DNA of 53,655 nt, from NCBI GenBank assembly GCA_045106895.1, contig JBGCFM010000014.1, forward strand, positions 1 through 53,655, in the 5' to 3' direction. Shown in pieces: positions 1-9,734 of this stretch. How positions within the stretch are numbered: position 1 is the stretch's first letter; each line of letters begins with the position of its first letter. The DNA comes from Polyangiales bacterium. GTDB lineage: Bacteria > Myxococcota_A > Polyangia > Polyangiales > Houyiibacteriaceae. A program made the translations under genes and the position numbers. The notes under the pieces were generated by a model. It was given only the letters and a program-made list of their open reading frames with translations. It did no database searches and was not told the DNA's origin.

Positions 1-2
1 AG

Positions 3-92
3 GCTCTGGGAGCCGCAAAATTCTATATCGATCGTCTTCGCGAGCGCGCACCCGAGATCATCGAGTATAAGACCAGCGACGACGCTTCTTAG
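3..92 (+). CDS. 3' end of a CDS entering the window, probably a family-2 glycosyltransferase
   Basis: Hand translation ...ALGAAKFYIDRLRERAPEIIEYKTSDDAS*; the 'IIEYK' tail resembles GT2 enzymes of polysaccharide clusters and it precedes a sugar oxidoreductase/epimerase. Confidence 0.45.
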   Translation, partial: ALGAAKFYIDRLRERAPEIIEYKTSDDAS

Positions 93-154
93 AGCGTCTC
101 CATTTCATCGCCAGCCTCGGTTTCCCAACCAGGTTTTCTAACGAGAGAGTTCCC

Positions 155-2305
155 GTGAGCAAAGACACGAACGTCGCCATTGTCGGTGCCGGCTACATCG
201 CCGACTACCATATGTCCGCCCTCCGCGCGCTGCCCGACGTCAACGTCGCCGCCGTCTGCGACCTCAAGGAAAGCGCAGCTCAACGCTTCGCGAACGCCTA
301 CGGCATCAAGGGTGTCTACAGCGACCTTTCGGGAATGCTGGCTCAAGAGAACCTCGACGCGGTTCACGTACTCACGCCACCACACACACACGTTCAGCCC
401 GGCATCACGATCCTCGAAGCGGGCGTCGACGCGCTCCTCGAGAAGCCACTCGCGACGAGTACCGACGACTGCGCAAAGCTGCGGGCGGCTCAGAGCGCGA
501 CGGGCCGTACCCTCGCAACGAGCCACAACTTCTTGTTCACCGCGGGCTACGAAGAGCTCGCCCAAGACCTGAAGAGCGGCGCCCTGGGCCAGCTCGACCA
601 AATCGACATCGTCTGGAACAAGGAGCTCGGCCAGGTCAAAGGTGGCCCCTTCGGCGCGTGGATGCTCCAGCACCCCAACAATATCCTCTTTGAGGTCGCC
701 CCTCACAGCTTCGCCCACGCGGCTCACCTCGTCGGCGAGCTGGAAGACATCAGCGTCGACGCGCGTGACGAGGTCGAACTCCCGCGTGGTCTTCGCTTCT
801 TCCGCCGCTGGGAGATCCGCGGCTGGTCCGGTCGCACCAGCGTCCGCATTCGCTTCTCCTTCGGCGAAGGCTACCCGGAGCACTACATCAAGGTTCGCGG
901 CTCGAGCGGCACAGGCCTCGTCGACTTCGAGAACAACACCTACGTGCGAAACGCACACACGCCTTACCTCCTCGACATCGACCGTTTCGCGAACGTCAGC
1001 CGTTCCGCTGCGCGCTCCCTCGCCCAGGCCTCCGCCACCTTCGGTAACGTCGTCCTCGCAAAGGCTGGCATCGCGAAGTCGGACGGCGCCTTCGCGACGA
1101 GCATCGCGAACGCAGTCAGCTCGTTCTACTCGACCCGTGGCTCGAACCTCGACGGCCGTCTTGGTCTCGACGTCGCTTCAACGGCCATCGATATGGCCGA
1201 ACGAGTCGCCACCAAGGCAAACCTACCGGCGCCTCCCGGAATCACGGCGAACGCACCCGTAGGCTCGACCACCGTCGAGGCGACGTCCAGCGGGCCGGAC
1301 ACTCTCGTCATCGGCGGCACCGGCTTCATTGGCCGCGCCCTCGTTCGCAAGCTCGTCGAGTCCGGCGCACACGTTCGTGTCCTTGGACGCGACCCCAAGG
1401 GTGTTCCACCAGAGCTGCGTCGCGAAGGCGTGGAGATGATGGGCGGAGACTTCACAAGCCCCGAAGCCGTCGAGCGCGCCGTCGCTGGCATGAAGCACGT
1501 CTACCACCTCGCTCGTGGATACGGAAAGACGTGGGCGGAGTACCTCGAGTGGGACGTCGCGCCCACCAAGCGTCTCGCAGAAGCCTGCGCAAAGGCCGGC
1601 GTTGAACGTTTCTACTACGCGTCTTCCATCGCTATTTACTACGCCGGCGATAAAAAGCAGGTCATCACCGAAGAGACCAAGACGGTTCCGGACATGCTCC
1701 GCGCCAACCCCTACGCCAACTCCAAGGCGGAGAACGAGCGCGTCCTTCGCCAGGTCTCCGCGGCGACGAAGATGCCCTTGGTTATCTTCCGTCCCGGCAT
1801 TGTTCTCGGCAGCGGCGGCAGCCCCTTCCACTGGGGAGTCGCCGCGTGGCCTTATAAGTCCGTGTGCAACCTCTACGGTCAGGGCGACTACCCGCTTCCC
1901 ATCGTCCTCGTCGATGACGTCGCCGACGCCATGACCACGGCACGCACCCTTCCCCTCTCCGAAGTCGAGGGCGAGTCCTTCAACCTCACCGCCGACCCTT
2001 GCATCACGGCCAACGAGTACCTCGACGCTTTCGAGGAGCACGCAGGAATCCAGGTTCGTCGAATCCCGACGCCTGCATGGCGCTCCTTCGGCTCCGGCAT
2101 CGTCAAGTCCGCCATCAAGATGGCGGGCGGCGACCCCGCAGCGGTCCGTCCCAGCTACGCCGACTGGAAGGGCCGTGACTTCGCGTCTGTGTTCGATGCC
2201 AGCAAGGCTGAGCGGGTCTTGAAGTGGAGTCCCGTCAAGGACCGCAAGACGCTCATCGACGAGGGCATCGGCCTACCGGTGAAAGAGTACTTCGAGCTCG
2301 ACTAA
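155..2305 (+). CDS. Gfo/Idh/MocA oxidoreductase fused to NAD-dependent epimerase/dehydratase
   Basis: N-terminal VGAGYIA Rossmann motif and LEKP motif; second domain has IGGTGFIG and YANSK (YxxxK, extended SDR). Confidence 0.9.
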   Translation: MSKDTNVAIVGAGYIADYHMSALRALPDVNVAAVCDLKESAAQRFANAYGIKGVYSDLSGMLAQENLDAVHVLTPPHTHVQPGITILEAGVDALLEKPLATSTDDCAKLRAAQSATGRTLATSHNFLFTAGYEELAQDLKSGALGQLDQIDIVWNKELGQVKGGPFGAWMLQHPNNILFEVAPHSFAHAAHLVGELEDISVDARDEVELPRGLRFFRRWEIRGWSGRTSVRIRFSFGEGYPEHYIKVRGSSGTGLVDFENNTYVRNAHTPYLLDIDRFANVSRSAARSLAQASATFGNVVLAKAGIAKSDGAFATSIANAVSSFYSTRGSNLDGRLGLDVASTAIDMAERVATKANLPAPPGITANAPVGSTTVEATSSGPDTLVIGGTGFIGRALVRKLVESGAHVRVLGRDPKGVPPELRREGVEMMGGDFTSPEAVERAVAGMKHVYHLARGYGKTWAEYLEWDVAPTKRLAEACAKAGVERFYYASSIAIYYAGDKKQVITEETKTVPDMLRANPYANSKAENERVLRQVSAATKMPLVIFRPGIVLGSGGSPFHWGVAAWPYKSVCNLYGQGDYPLPIVLVDDVADAMTTARTLPLSEVEGESFNLTADPCITANEYLDAFEEHAGIQVRRIPTPAWRSFGSGIVKSAIKMAGGDPAAVRPSYADWKGRDFASVFDASKAERVLKWSPVKDRKTLIDEGIGLPVKEYFELD

Positions 2306-2323
2306 AGCAACGGAGAGCACGGC

Positions 2324-2896
2324 ATGCGAATCATCACACTAGCCATCTTGCTCTGCGCCTTTTCGAGCGACGTGTGGGCGCAGTCCTCCGGTTCAAACGA
2401 AGGACCGCGCGTGAGCGCTCATTTTGCCCTCGCGTTCGCCGGGGACGCCGAGACCTCGAGTATTCTGGGATCCATCGACGTTCCTCTTGCTCCCACCCTC
2501 GGAGCGGGCGTTCGTTTCGAGTACCCGGTGCTCAAGTACTTGGGCATCGGCGCCCTTGTGGAGCTGGTCTCGTTCAACCCAGAGGACCTCGACCGGCAGG
2601 CGGCGCTGGACCTCGACATCCTCATCAAGGGTCGCTACCCGCTCTCACTGGGCTCAAGCGAGCTTGTCCTCTACGTTGCGGTTCCCCTTGGAGGGACCGT
2701 TCTATTCGTCGAGGACGCGGACAACTACCGCGGGTTCAACATGGGCATCCTCGGCGGCGCTGAGCTGGTCCTCGGCGGCGGTCCGCTCTCGCTTTTTGCC
2801 GAGTTTGGCTGGCGATACCACGGTGTCGGTGACGACGATGTTTCACTACGAACCCACCAGGCGGCGTTGAATCTAGGCGCATCGCTCATCTTGTAA
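2324..2896 (+). CDS. outer-membrane beta-barrel domain protein
   Basis: Signal peptide, amphipathic beta-strand pattern, FAEFGWRYH and C-terminal LNLGASL strand. Confidence 0.7.
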   Translation: MRIITLAILLCAFSSDVWAQSSGSNEGPRVSAHFALAFAGDAETSSILGSIDVPLAPTLGAGVRFEYPVLKYLGIGALVELVSFNPEDLDRQAALDLDILIKGRYPLSLGSSELVLYVAVPLGGTVLFVEDADNYRGFNMGILGGAELVLGGGPLSLFAEFGWRYHGVGDDDVSLRTHQAALNLGASLIL

Positions 2897-2899
2897 ATC

Positions 2900-2956
2900 G
2901 CCGACCACGATTCGAGGACATGGATCGGCGAGGCGTGTCCCCGAATCGTGGTCGGC
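2900..2956. repeat. long intergenic inverted repeat (23-bp arms, 2 mismatches)
   Basis: gccgaccacgattcgaggacatg (2900-2922) versus cgtgtccccgaatcgtggtcggc (2934-2956). Confidence 0.8.
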
Positions 2957-3020
2957 CATTTAGGGTCAACACGTGCGTAAAAGCCTGGTCAGGAATGAGC
3001 TGGCCGGCTAGCGTGAGCGG

Positions 3021-5648
3021 GTGAAATACCTCGCTGCCTTCTCGCTCTGCCTCTTCGCTTTCGCCGCCTGTGGTGATGACACCACACCGACGGAAGACGC
3101 TGGTCCACCGGACGACGCCATTCAGACGGATGGAACGCCGCCGGGAGACGCGGAGCCGGACGTGCCCCTCGCCGAGTGCCCTGAGCTTCCGCCTCTTGAG
3201 GAAGCCACCGGCGAAGGCAGCGCGACACCGCTCGCGGCCCCTGCCGGCGAAGCTCGAGCTGGGCGTCTCACGGAAGCGGACATTCCCGCCGACCCTGAAG
3301 ACCTCCTCGTGTGGAGCGCCGGCGACTGGGTCCTCGCCAACGAGAACATTGCCGTCGTCGTCGAAGACGTCGGCACCTCGGATGGCTACGAGGTCTGGGG
3401 CGGAAAGATCATCGGCCTCGCCCGCGTCGAAGGTGGAGTGATGGTGGAGACCGCTGACTTCAACGAGATTATCTGGGGCTCCGGTCGCTTCAGCAACGAG
3501 GTCACCAGCGTCGGCGTCGTGAACGATGGTTCCGACGGAGAAGCCGCCGTCGTTCGTGCCGTCGGACCCATGCGAGCGATTCCTTTCGTCGATGTCTTCG
3601 CTGCGCCGATCTTCCCTGGCTCCTACGACGACATCGACCTCGCCATCGACTACATCCTCGAGCCTGGCGCCGAGAAGGTCGACGTGCGTTACACCTACCT
3701 CAACCGGACACCTCGTCAGAACATGGCGCAGCAGGTGCTCCTGGCGTTCCAGAAAGAGCGCATGCCCGCCTTCGCTCCGAACGTTGGTTACGACGTCCGC
3801 GGAGTCATCGACTACATCGGCTTCGGCAAAGAAGGACGAACCGCCTTCGCACTGGATACCCCCCTGCAGAACCTCTCGTTCTTCATCGAGGTCAGCGGCA
3901 CCGCTTTGCTCACCGGCGCCACCATCGTGATGCCGCCCTGCGAACGCACTTCCGTTGAAGCCGCCACCTACTACGTCGGCGGACCCGGCAGCAACGGCGT
4001 CCAGGCCGCCATCGCGCGTGAAACCGGAGTCACCCTCAAGACCGTCACGGGTCGAGTCCTGGACGCCAACGGCGCCGGCGCTCCTGGCGTTCGCGTCCAC
4101 GCTCATATCGGTGATGGCGAAGGCGAAGGCGACAGGCACTTTGCCCGCGTGATGACCGACGACGAAGGCAACTACTCCATTCAGGTTCTGGACGAGGCCA
4201 TGACCCTCTCCACCTGGCGTCGCGGCGACGAGATCGTCAGCGTTGAGTTGGCCGCCGGCGCCACCACCGCCGACGACCTGAACCTCAACCCGACGGGCAC
4301 CATCGAAATCAACGCCATCGAAGGCGGAAACCCGGTTCCGGTTCGAGTACAGATTGTGCCCACCGGCGCACCTATCCTCCCCAACGAAAACTGGGGCGAA
4401 GAGGTCATCGTTGAAGGACGTACACACGTCGTGTTCCCCGGCGTGGATCCTGCCATCGTCACGGTACCCGTGGGCTCACACCGAGTCATCGTGTCTCGCG
4501 GCTTTGAATACGAGATTGGCCTCGATGAGGTCCTGGAAGTCACCGCAAACAACGTCACGGAGCGAACCGTGGAGATGGAGCGCGTCGTCGAGACGCCCAA
4601 CACGATGTGCGCCGACTACCACATTCACACCAACCGTTCTCCCGACTCCCCAGACGACCCACGCTTCAAGGTTCGCTCCGCCGCCGGCGACGGCCTTGAG
4701 GTCCCACTTCGTTCCGACCACGAGTGGGTCTACGAGTGGGAATCCCTCATCGCAGAGCAGGGCCTCGAGTCTTTCCTTTTCGGTGTGACCTCCCTTGAGC
4801 TGACCACCTTCGAGTGGGGCCACTTCGGCGTCTTCCCGATGACCCCGGAACCCACCCTTCCCAACCGTGGTGCCGTTCCATGGGCCGGAGACAATCCACC
4901 TGAGGTCTTCGAGCGCATTCGCAACATCGAGAGCGCACCCAGCATGATCGTCAACCATGCGCGCAGCGGTGCTGGCCTTGGGTACTTCGCCTACGCTGGC
5001 TACGACAACGTCACCGGCGAAGTCGACCGCCCCGAGATGTGGGACGAAGCCTTCACCCTCCTCGAGGTCTTCAACGAAGAGTCCTTCGACCAGGCCGAAG
5101 AGCTGGTCCAAGACTGGTTCTCCTTCCTTCGCGCGGGTCGCCGGGTCTTTGGCGTTGGCAGCTCGGACACCCACAAGGTCCAGCGCGGGTCCGCCGTCGG
5201 CTACCCAAGGACCTGTCTTGAGATTGGCACCGATGAGCCCGCTGAGCTTCGCGCCGGCGGTGGTGCGGACCTCGTTCAGACCACCACCGAAGCTGGACAC
5301 TTCTTCGTAAGCGGCGGCATCTACCTCGATGTCACCGGTCGAGACGGAGCTCGTCCCGGCGACGACGTCGCCGGCGCCGACGCGATGGAGATGCTCAGCG
5401 TCCGAGTTCAGGCCCCGAGCTGGGTCGACGTTGATGTCCTCGAAGTCTGGGTCGACGGCGAGCTGACGAGCACCACGCCTGTGATGGCCGGCGATGGCGT
5501 CGACCGCGGAACCTACGAGGTCATGGTCCCCGTGAGCGCCGCTGGCTCCTTCGCCATCGTCCACGCCAAGGGCGACCTTCCGCTCGACCCCGTGTACTTT
5601 GGTCACCAGCCCTTCGCGGTGTCGATGCCCATCTTCTACTCGCGCTAA
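3021..5648 (+). CDS. CehA/McbA-type PHP metallohydrolase lipoprotein with carboxypeptidase-regulatory-like domains
   Basis: Lipobox FAAC; PHP motifs DYHIHT-SPDS, SDH, GHFGVFP, NHAR, GSSDTH. Confidence 0.85.
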   Translation: MKYLAAFSLCLFAFAACGDDTTPTEDAGPPDDAIQTDGTPPGDAEPDVPLAECPELPPLEEATGEGSATPLAAPAGEARAGRLTEADIPADPEDLLVWSAGDWVLANENIAVVVEDVGTSDGYEVWGGKIIGLARVEGGVMVETADFNEIIWGSGRFSNEVTSVGVVNDGSDGEAAVVRAVGPMRAIPFVDVFAAPIFPGSYDDIDLAIDYILEPGAEKVDVRYTYLNRTPRQNMAQQVLLAFQKERMPAFAPNVGYDVRGVIDYIGFGKEGRTAFALDTPLQNLSFFIEVSGTALLTGATIVMPPCERTSVEAATYYVGGPGSNGVQAAIARETGVTLKTVTGRVLDANGAGAPGVRVHAHIGDGEGEGDRHFARVMTDDEGNYSIQVLDEAMTLSTWRRGDEIVSVELAAGATTADDLNLNPTGTIEINAIEGGNPVPVRVQIVPTGAPILPNENWGEEVIVEGRTHVVFPGVDPAIVTVPVGSHRVIVSRGFEYEIGLDEVLEVTANNVTERTVEMERVVETPNTMCADYHIHTNRSPDSPDDPRFKVRSAAGDGLEVPLRSDHEWVYEWESLIAEQGLESFLFGVTSLELTTFEWGHFGVFPMTPEPTLPNRGAVPWAGDNPPEVFERIRNIESAPSMIVNHARSGAGLGYFAYAGYDNVTGEVDRPEMWDEAFTLLEVFNEESFDQAEELVQDWFSFLRAGRRVFGVGSSDTHKVQRGSAVGYPRTCLEIGTDEPAELRAGGGADLVQTTTEAGHFFVSGGIYLDVTGRDGARPGDDVAGADAMEMLSVRVQAPSWVDVDVLEVWVDGELTSTTPVMAGDGVDRGTYEVMVPVSAAGSFAIVHAKGDLPLDPVYFGHQPFAVSMPIFYSR

Positions 5649-5658
5649 CACAAGCGAA

Positions 5659-5742
5659 GGCCCGGGTTCGTAAACAACCCGGGTCCATCCGCGCATTCGG
5701 TTCTAGCGCCTAAGCCCAGGTTTCGTAAGAAGCCTGGGCTTA
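5659..5742. repeat. pair of related hairpins (terminator/REP-like)
   Basis: cccgggtt-cgtaaac-aacccggg (5661-5683) and taagcccaggttt-cgtaag-aagcctgggctta (5711-5742) just after the hydrolase stop. Confidence 0.65.
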
Positions 5743-5819
5743 CTTGCGAAGGCGTCGCGAACAGTCGCACAAGAATATTCCTTGTAGCGCGAGTGCCTGC
5801 TAGCTCATGCTCGCCTCAG

Positions 5820-7481
5820 ATGTTCACCAAGACCTCTCTTTGCTTTGGGCTGTCCTTCTCCCTTTTCGCTTGCACGCCGGACCTCATCGACACGTCCGAA
5901 GAAGCCGCAGCTGAGGTCCGCGCACAAGACCTTGGGACGTTCCCGTATCATCCCGTCGTCTTCAACCTCGACGTCGCGACCTACACCTACCAGCTCTTCA
6001 GCCAGACCATCGCCTGGCCCTTCGACCCCTACTACGAGCAGCTCGGCGAAGGACGCGACGCGTTCATCGGGCGCGTAAAAGCTTGGGCGGAGACCACGGG
6101 GGAAGCTCAGGCCAGCACCGACCTTGGACTCAGCGCATACCGTGGACCGGGGATCCTCAGCGGCTTCGACAACAACGACGCCCACGACCCCATCATCTAT
6201 CAATACAGCCGTCTTCACCCTTGGAGCGACGCGCTCACTTACCCTTTCGAACGCTGGACTGAGTACCTCACACCATCACAGCTCACCGGCTCCGTCGAGC
6301 AAGCTTGGATGTGCACGCGCACAAGAGGATCGACGCGAGCCGATCACGAAGCCGACGTTCCTGGGACCGTGGAGCTCTACGAACTCGCGCCGCGCCGCGC
6401 CGACGCCGACGCCGACGCACGTGATATCTTGCTCGCCTTCGAAGGAGCGACCGGGGACAAAGGCGAAGAAGGACAGCCCAGCTCCCAAAGCCTGATGGGA
6501 TTCGCGCTATTGCGTTTCACCAGCGCGACGACCTACGACGTTCACATCGCTTTCCGCGGCAGCCGCAGCGGCTCGGCCAGTCGCGCGGCGCGTGACGCGT
6601 TCTCGACAGGCGACGCCCGCGGCAACCCCGACTGGATTACCGACCTCGGCTACCGGGAAGAAACGAAGCGGCACATCAGCAGCGTGGAAGGTCACGCCGT
6701 GAGCCGCGGCATGGCGCAGAGCATCTCCGAGACCTTGCCCCAGCTCTTCCATTGCCTGGACCAAGTATCCGTCGACGTCGCGCCCACCAATATCTACGTC
6801 ACCGGCCACAGCCTCGGGGGAGCCCTCGCCCAGCACTTCGCCAGCGCTGTTCTCCTGGGCGACCGGTTCAGCCCAGGAAACCCAGGGTTCCCTTCGTCCC
6901 TGGAGGCGTGGCCATGGGAGAACCTCAAGCTCATCACCTTTTCGGCGCCGCGCGTTGGAAACGAAGCGTGGGCCCAGGCGTTGACGGAGCGTCTTGAGTC
7001 CAACTTCTACGAAGACCGAGTCTTGCCCTACGACGATGAGGCCATCGGCGTCCTCGACCCGGAGATTCTACCGCGCCTCACGGATCCCTCCCGGCCCGCC
7101 ATCTTCCGGGTCCTCATGCCCTCGGACCCCGTCACCACCGACCTCGTCGCCGGCGGCTCTCATGTGGGTCAGACGGTCTACCTCGAGAACCCAGACCCCA
7201 TCGAGATCGCGTCCCATACGGATTTCGACGCCCACGAACCGACCGTCGTTCGCGAACGCATGACAAGCGCACTCCGCGACACACGTATTCCAGAGCGCGC
7301 CTGGGCTTATCAAGACACCGCCGCCCTTACGCCTACCCGCGACGAAGCAATGGTTGGCTCCGCGTCCGAATACGCGAAGCTCATCGACACCATAACCGCG
7401 TACTACGAAGACCGGGGCTTGTACTTCGACCAAGAGGCATTCGACGTGAGCGCCGGGCTCTTCCTCGGCTTCATCGAATAG
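5820..7481 (+). CDS. lipase class 3 family lipoprotein
   Basis: Lipobox LFAC; IAFRGS, nucleophile elbow VTGHSLGGALA, TFSAPRVGN, DPV and late His; ATG 5820 preferred over GTG 5793. Confidence 0.85.
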   Translation: MFTKTSLCFGLSFSLFACTPDLIDTSEEAAAEVRAQDLGTFPYHPVVFNLDVATYTYQLFSQTIAWPFDPYYEQLGEGRDAFIGRVKAWAETTGEAQASTDLGLSAYRGPGILSGFDNNDAHDPIIYQYSRLHPWSDALTYPFERWTEYLTPSQLTGSVEQAWMCTRTRGSTRADHEADVPGTVELYELAPRRADADADARDILLAFEGATGDKGEEGQPSSQSLMGFALLRFTSATTYDVHIAFRGSRSGSASRAARDAFSTGDARGNPDWITDLGYREETKRHISSVEGHAVSRGMAQSISETLPQLFHCLDQVSVDVAPTNIYVTGHSLGGALAQHFASAVLLGDRFSPGNPGFPSSLEAWPWENLKLITFSAPRVGNEAWAQALTERLESNFYEDRVLPYDDEAIGVLDPEILPRLTDPSRPAIFRVLMPSDPVTTDLVAGGSHVGQTVYLENPDPIEIASHTDFDAHEPTVVRERMTSALRDTRIPERAWAYQDTAALTPTRDEAMVGSASEYAKLIDTITAYYEDRGLYFDQEAFDVSAGLFLGFIE

Positions 7482-7509
7482 CTCTGCCTCATCGAGCAGC
7501 TCAACGTGG

Positions 7510-7962
7510 CTACGGGCAGCGATTGCTCGTTCGGTCTTGCGCCCGTTCGCAGCGCGAACGCCCGTCTACGCATCGCTCTTCCGTCTCGCCATCCGCGGTG
7601 TCCTCGGCGATCACACACACGCGCTCCGCGAGAGAACAAATCGAGCTCACCAGGTCCCGCGCCGAAGAGCAGTCGATCTCTCCAAGCTCCAGCGTCGATG
7701 TCAGCGAGTCGTCGTTCGCGACGAGCTCTCGCCACTCTTCGCCGACGCTGACACCGATGTTCGTCGTGTCCACCATGCCGCCTTCGGCTTCCGCACTCGG
7801 CGCTGTCGTCATCGCCGGAGCCTCGGCACCGGCCGTCTCCTCTTCGCCGCCACCGTCCATCGAAGCGGCCTGCGGCGAGGCCGCACCACCACAGCCAAGC
7901 TGCAGGAGCGCGACGAAGGTCATCGCGATGAAAAGACAGGAGCTCTTGGTCTTCATGGTCAT
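7510..7962 (-). CDS. hypothetical lipoprotein with Cys-rich C-terminus
   Basis: Lipobox QLGC; six C-terminal Cys; last gene of the ECF sigma operon. Confidence 0.7.
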   Translation of the reverse strand: MTMKTKSSCLFIAMTFVALLQLGCGGAASPQAASMDGGGEEETAGAEAPAMTTAPSAEAEGGMVDTTNIGVSVGEEWRELVANDDSLTSTLELGEIDCSSARDLVSSICSLAERVCVIAEDTADGETEERCVDGRSRCERAQDRTSNRCP

Positions 7963-7965
7963 ACT

Positions 7966-8430
7966 TTACTCTTCCGCCTCAAGGACCGCATCCAGGAGTG
8001 ATTCGTTGATAAGGAGCGCTTCGTGATAATCCGCTGCCGCTTGCGTCGCCTGCCCTAGCGCCTCGTGTGCCTGGCCCCTCGCCACCCAGAGGTTCGCCCG
8101 GAAGACGTCCGCTCCGCCAAGAGCGAGCCCCGCATCGGCGAACACAAGGGCACCGGCGGCGTCTTCATTCGCCATCGACCAACGGGCCAACTGGTAGAAC
8201 GCGTCCTGCCGAATGGCTCGCGCATCGTCCGCCCGCGCGGGTCGACTCAGCTCTCCGTCCGCGACCGGCTGGAGGCGCTGAATCGCCTGCCGGAAGTTCC
8301 CCTGCTCCGCCGCTTGCTCTGCGCCCTGCTGGGCAGCGCGCACCTCGCCGATCCACGCGTTGTCACTGCAGCCAGCGAAGACGCAGACGCAGACGCAGCA
8401 GATCACCAAGCGGCGTAGCAGGGCTTGCAC
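7966..8430 (-). CDS. TPR-like lipoprotein
   Basis: Lipobox FAGC; helical TPR pattern (ARGQAHEALGQATQAAADYHEAL). Confidence 0.7.
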   Translation of the reverse strand: MQALLRRLVICCVCVCVFAGCSDNAWIGEVRAAQQGAEQAAEQGNFRQAIQRLQPVADGELSRPARADDARAIRQDAFYQLARWSMANEDAAGALVFADAGLALGGADVFRANLWVARGQAHEALGQATQAAADYHEALLINESLLDAVLEAEE

Positions 8431-8939
8431 TAGTAACCTTCCTCAAGCGCGGCATAGAGCTGGCTGCGATAGTCGTTCATCTCATCGTCGAGGCGCTCCG
8501 GGTCCTCACCCGACGCAGCCGTCGCCTGTGCTTCGATGAGCGACATAGACGGCAAGGGCATGACGACAACATCTGTATTCAGGACAAAGAATGCCGCCGC
8601 CGCCGCCGCAAACGGCAGTGGGACAAGAAAGCGCCACCAACGAGCTGGCGCCTTGTCCCCCGCGCGCTCGGACACGTTGGCCTTCTCGGGCCGGCGCGCA
8701 TTCTTCAGCACGTCCTCCAGCACCGACGCCGCGCGCTCCGGGCGAAGCTCTGCGGCGCCTTCGCTGTAGGCAAAGAGCGAAGCCGTTGCCATCGCCGCGT
8801 CATTCACCTCGTCGGAGTCGAATGACGCGCCGTCCATCGCTCGCGCGAGGCTCGCCGCTTCCGCGAGCTCCTCCGCCGTCGGCTCAAGCTCATCCATCTC
8901 GTCCCAGGTCTCGGGAGAGTCTACGTTCTCGTCACTCAC
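8430..8939 (-). CDS. putative anti-sigma factor (single-TM protein)
   Basis: GTG start overlaps the sigma stop; acidic N-terminus, RWWRF followed by a hydrophobic TM segment. Confidence 0.6.
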   Translation of the reverse strand: MSDENVDSPETWDEMDELEPTAEELAEAASLARAMDGASFDSDEVNDAAMATASLFAYSEGAAELRPERAASVLEDVLKNARRPEKANVSERAGDKAPARWWRFLVPLPFAAAAAAFFVLNTDVVVMPLPSMSLIEAQATAASGEDPERLDDEMNDYRSQLYAALEEGY

Positions 8940-9603
8940 CGCTCTCCTCCCACTTCTTTCGAAAGCTCTTGAGCGCACGAAGCACCAAGACATCGAAGGT
9001 TCCTAGTTTGATATCCATCGCTTCAGCGCACTCTTCCCGCGAACGCTGCTCGAAGAAACGAAGCTCGATGGCACGCCGATAGCGCGGGTTGATCTGAGCC
9101 AACACGCTCTGAATTCGCGCGCGCAGTGTCTCGGCTTTGACGTGGGCGTCGAGACGCTCGTCCGGCAGCGGCACCTGGCCAAGCATCGGCGCAAGCATCG
9201 TCTCGAAGTTGCCGAGGGCGCGCGTCTTGCGCTCTCGCGCTCGGTGCATGTCCATCGCTTTGTTCACGGCGATGCGCGCGAACCAAAAATAGATGCTTAC
9301 GCCCTTCTGTTCGAAGCGAGCGATGCGCTCGTAACCTGAGCGAAATGTCTCCGAGAGCGCGTCCTCGGCGGCATCCGGGCGGCCGAGCTTCGGCATCAAC
9401 ACCCTCGAGTAGATAAGGGGCGCATAGGCTTGGTAGAGCTCGCCGAACGCCTTGTCGTCGCCACCGGACGCACGTTCGATGCGCGGTCGCTCCCAGCTCA
9501 GCTGCTCTTTGCTCTTCAGGTCCAACCAAGCGCCCCGACATTCCCGCTCCTTTCTCCAGCATTCTGGCTCGCGATTCAAGGTGATCGCCGCTTTCCTCTT
9601 CAT
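8932..9603 (-). CDS. ECF-type RNA polymerase sigma factor
   Basis: Region 2 (AFGELY, AEDALSETF, WFARIAVNKAMD) and region 4 (YRRAIELRF..SREECAEAMDIKLGT); true start may be TTG 9525. Confidence 0.9.
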   Translation of the reverse strand: MKRKAAITLNREPECWRKERECRGAWLDLKSKEQLSWERPRIERASGGDDKAFGELYQAYAPLIYSRVLMPKLGRPDAAEDALSETFRSGYERIARFEQKGVSIYFWFARIAVNKAMDMHRARERKTRALGNFETMLAPMLGQVPLPDERLDAHVKAETLRARIQSVLAQINPRYRRAIELRFFEQRSREECAEAMDIKLGTFDVLVLRALKSFRKKWEESGE

Positions 9604-9734
9604 CGCTGCAGCCGGCCCCGACTTACACCCCTCCGTGTGTTTTCACGTCGAAGCAAAAAAGTCCCCAAGGGGTGTAAGCCGGGGAGCCAGCCCACGTTGA
9701 GTCCGCAGAACCCGCAGCGACCAACGGAGCAACC

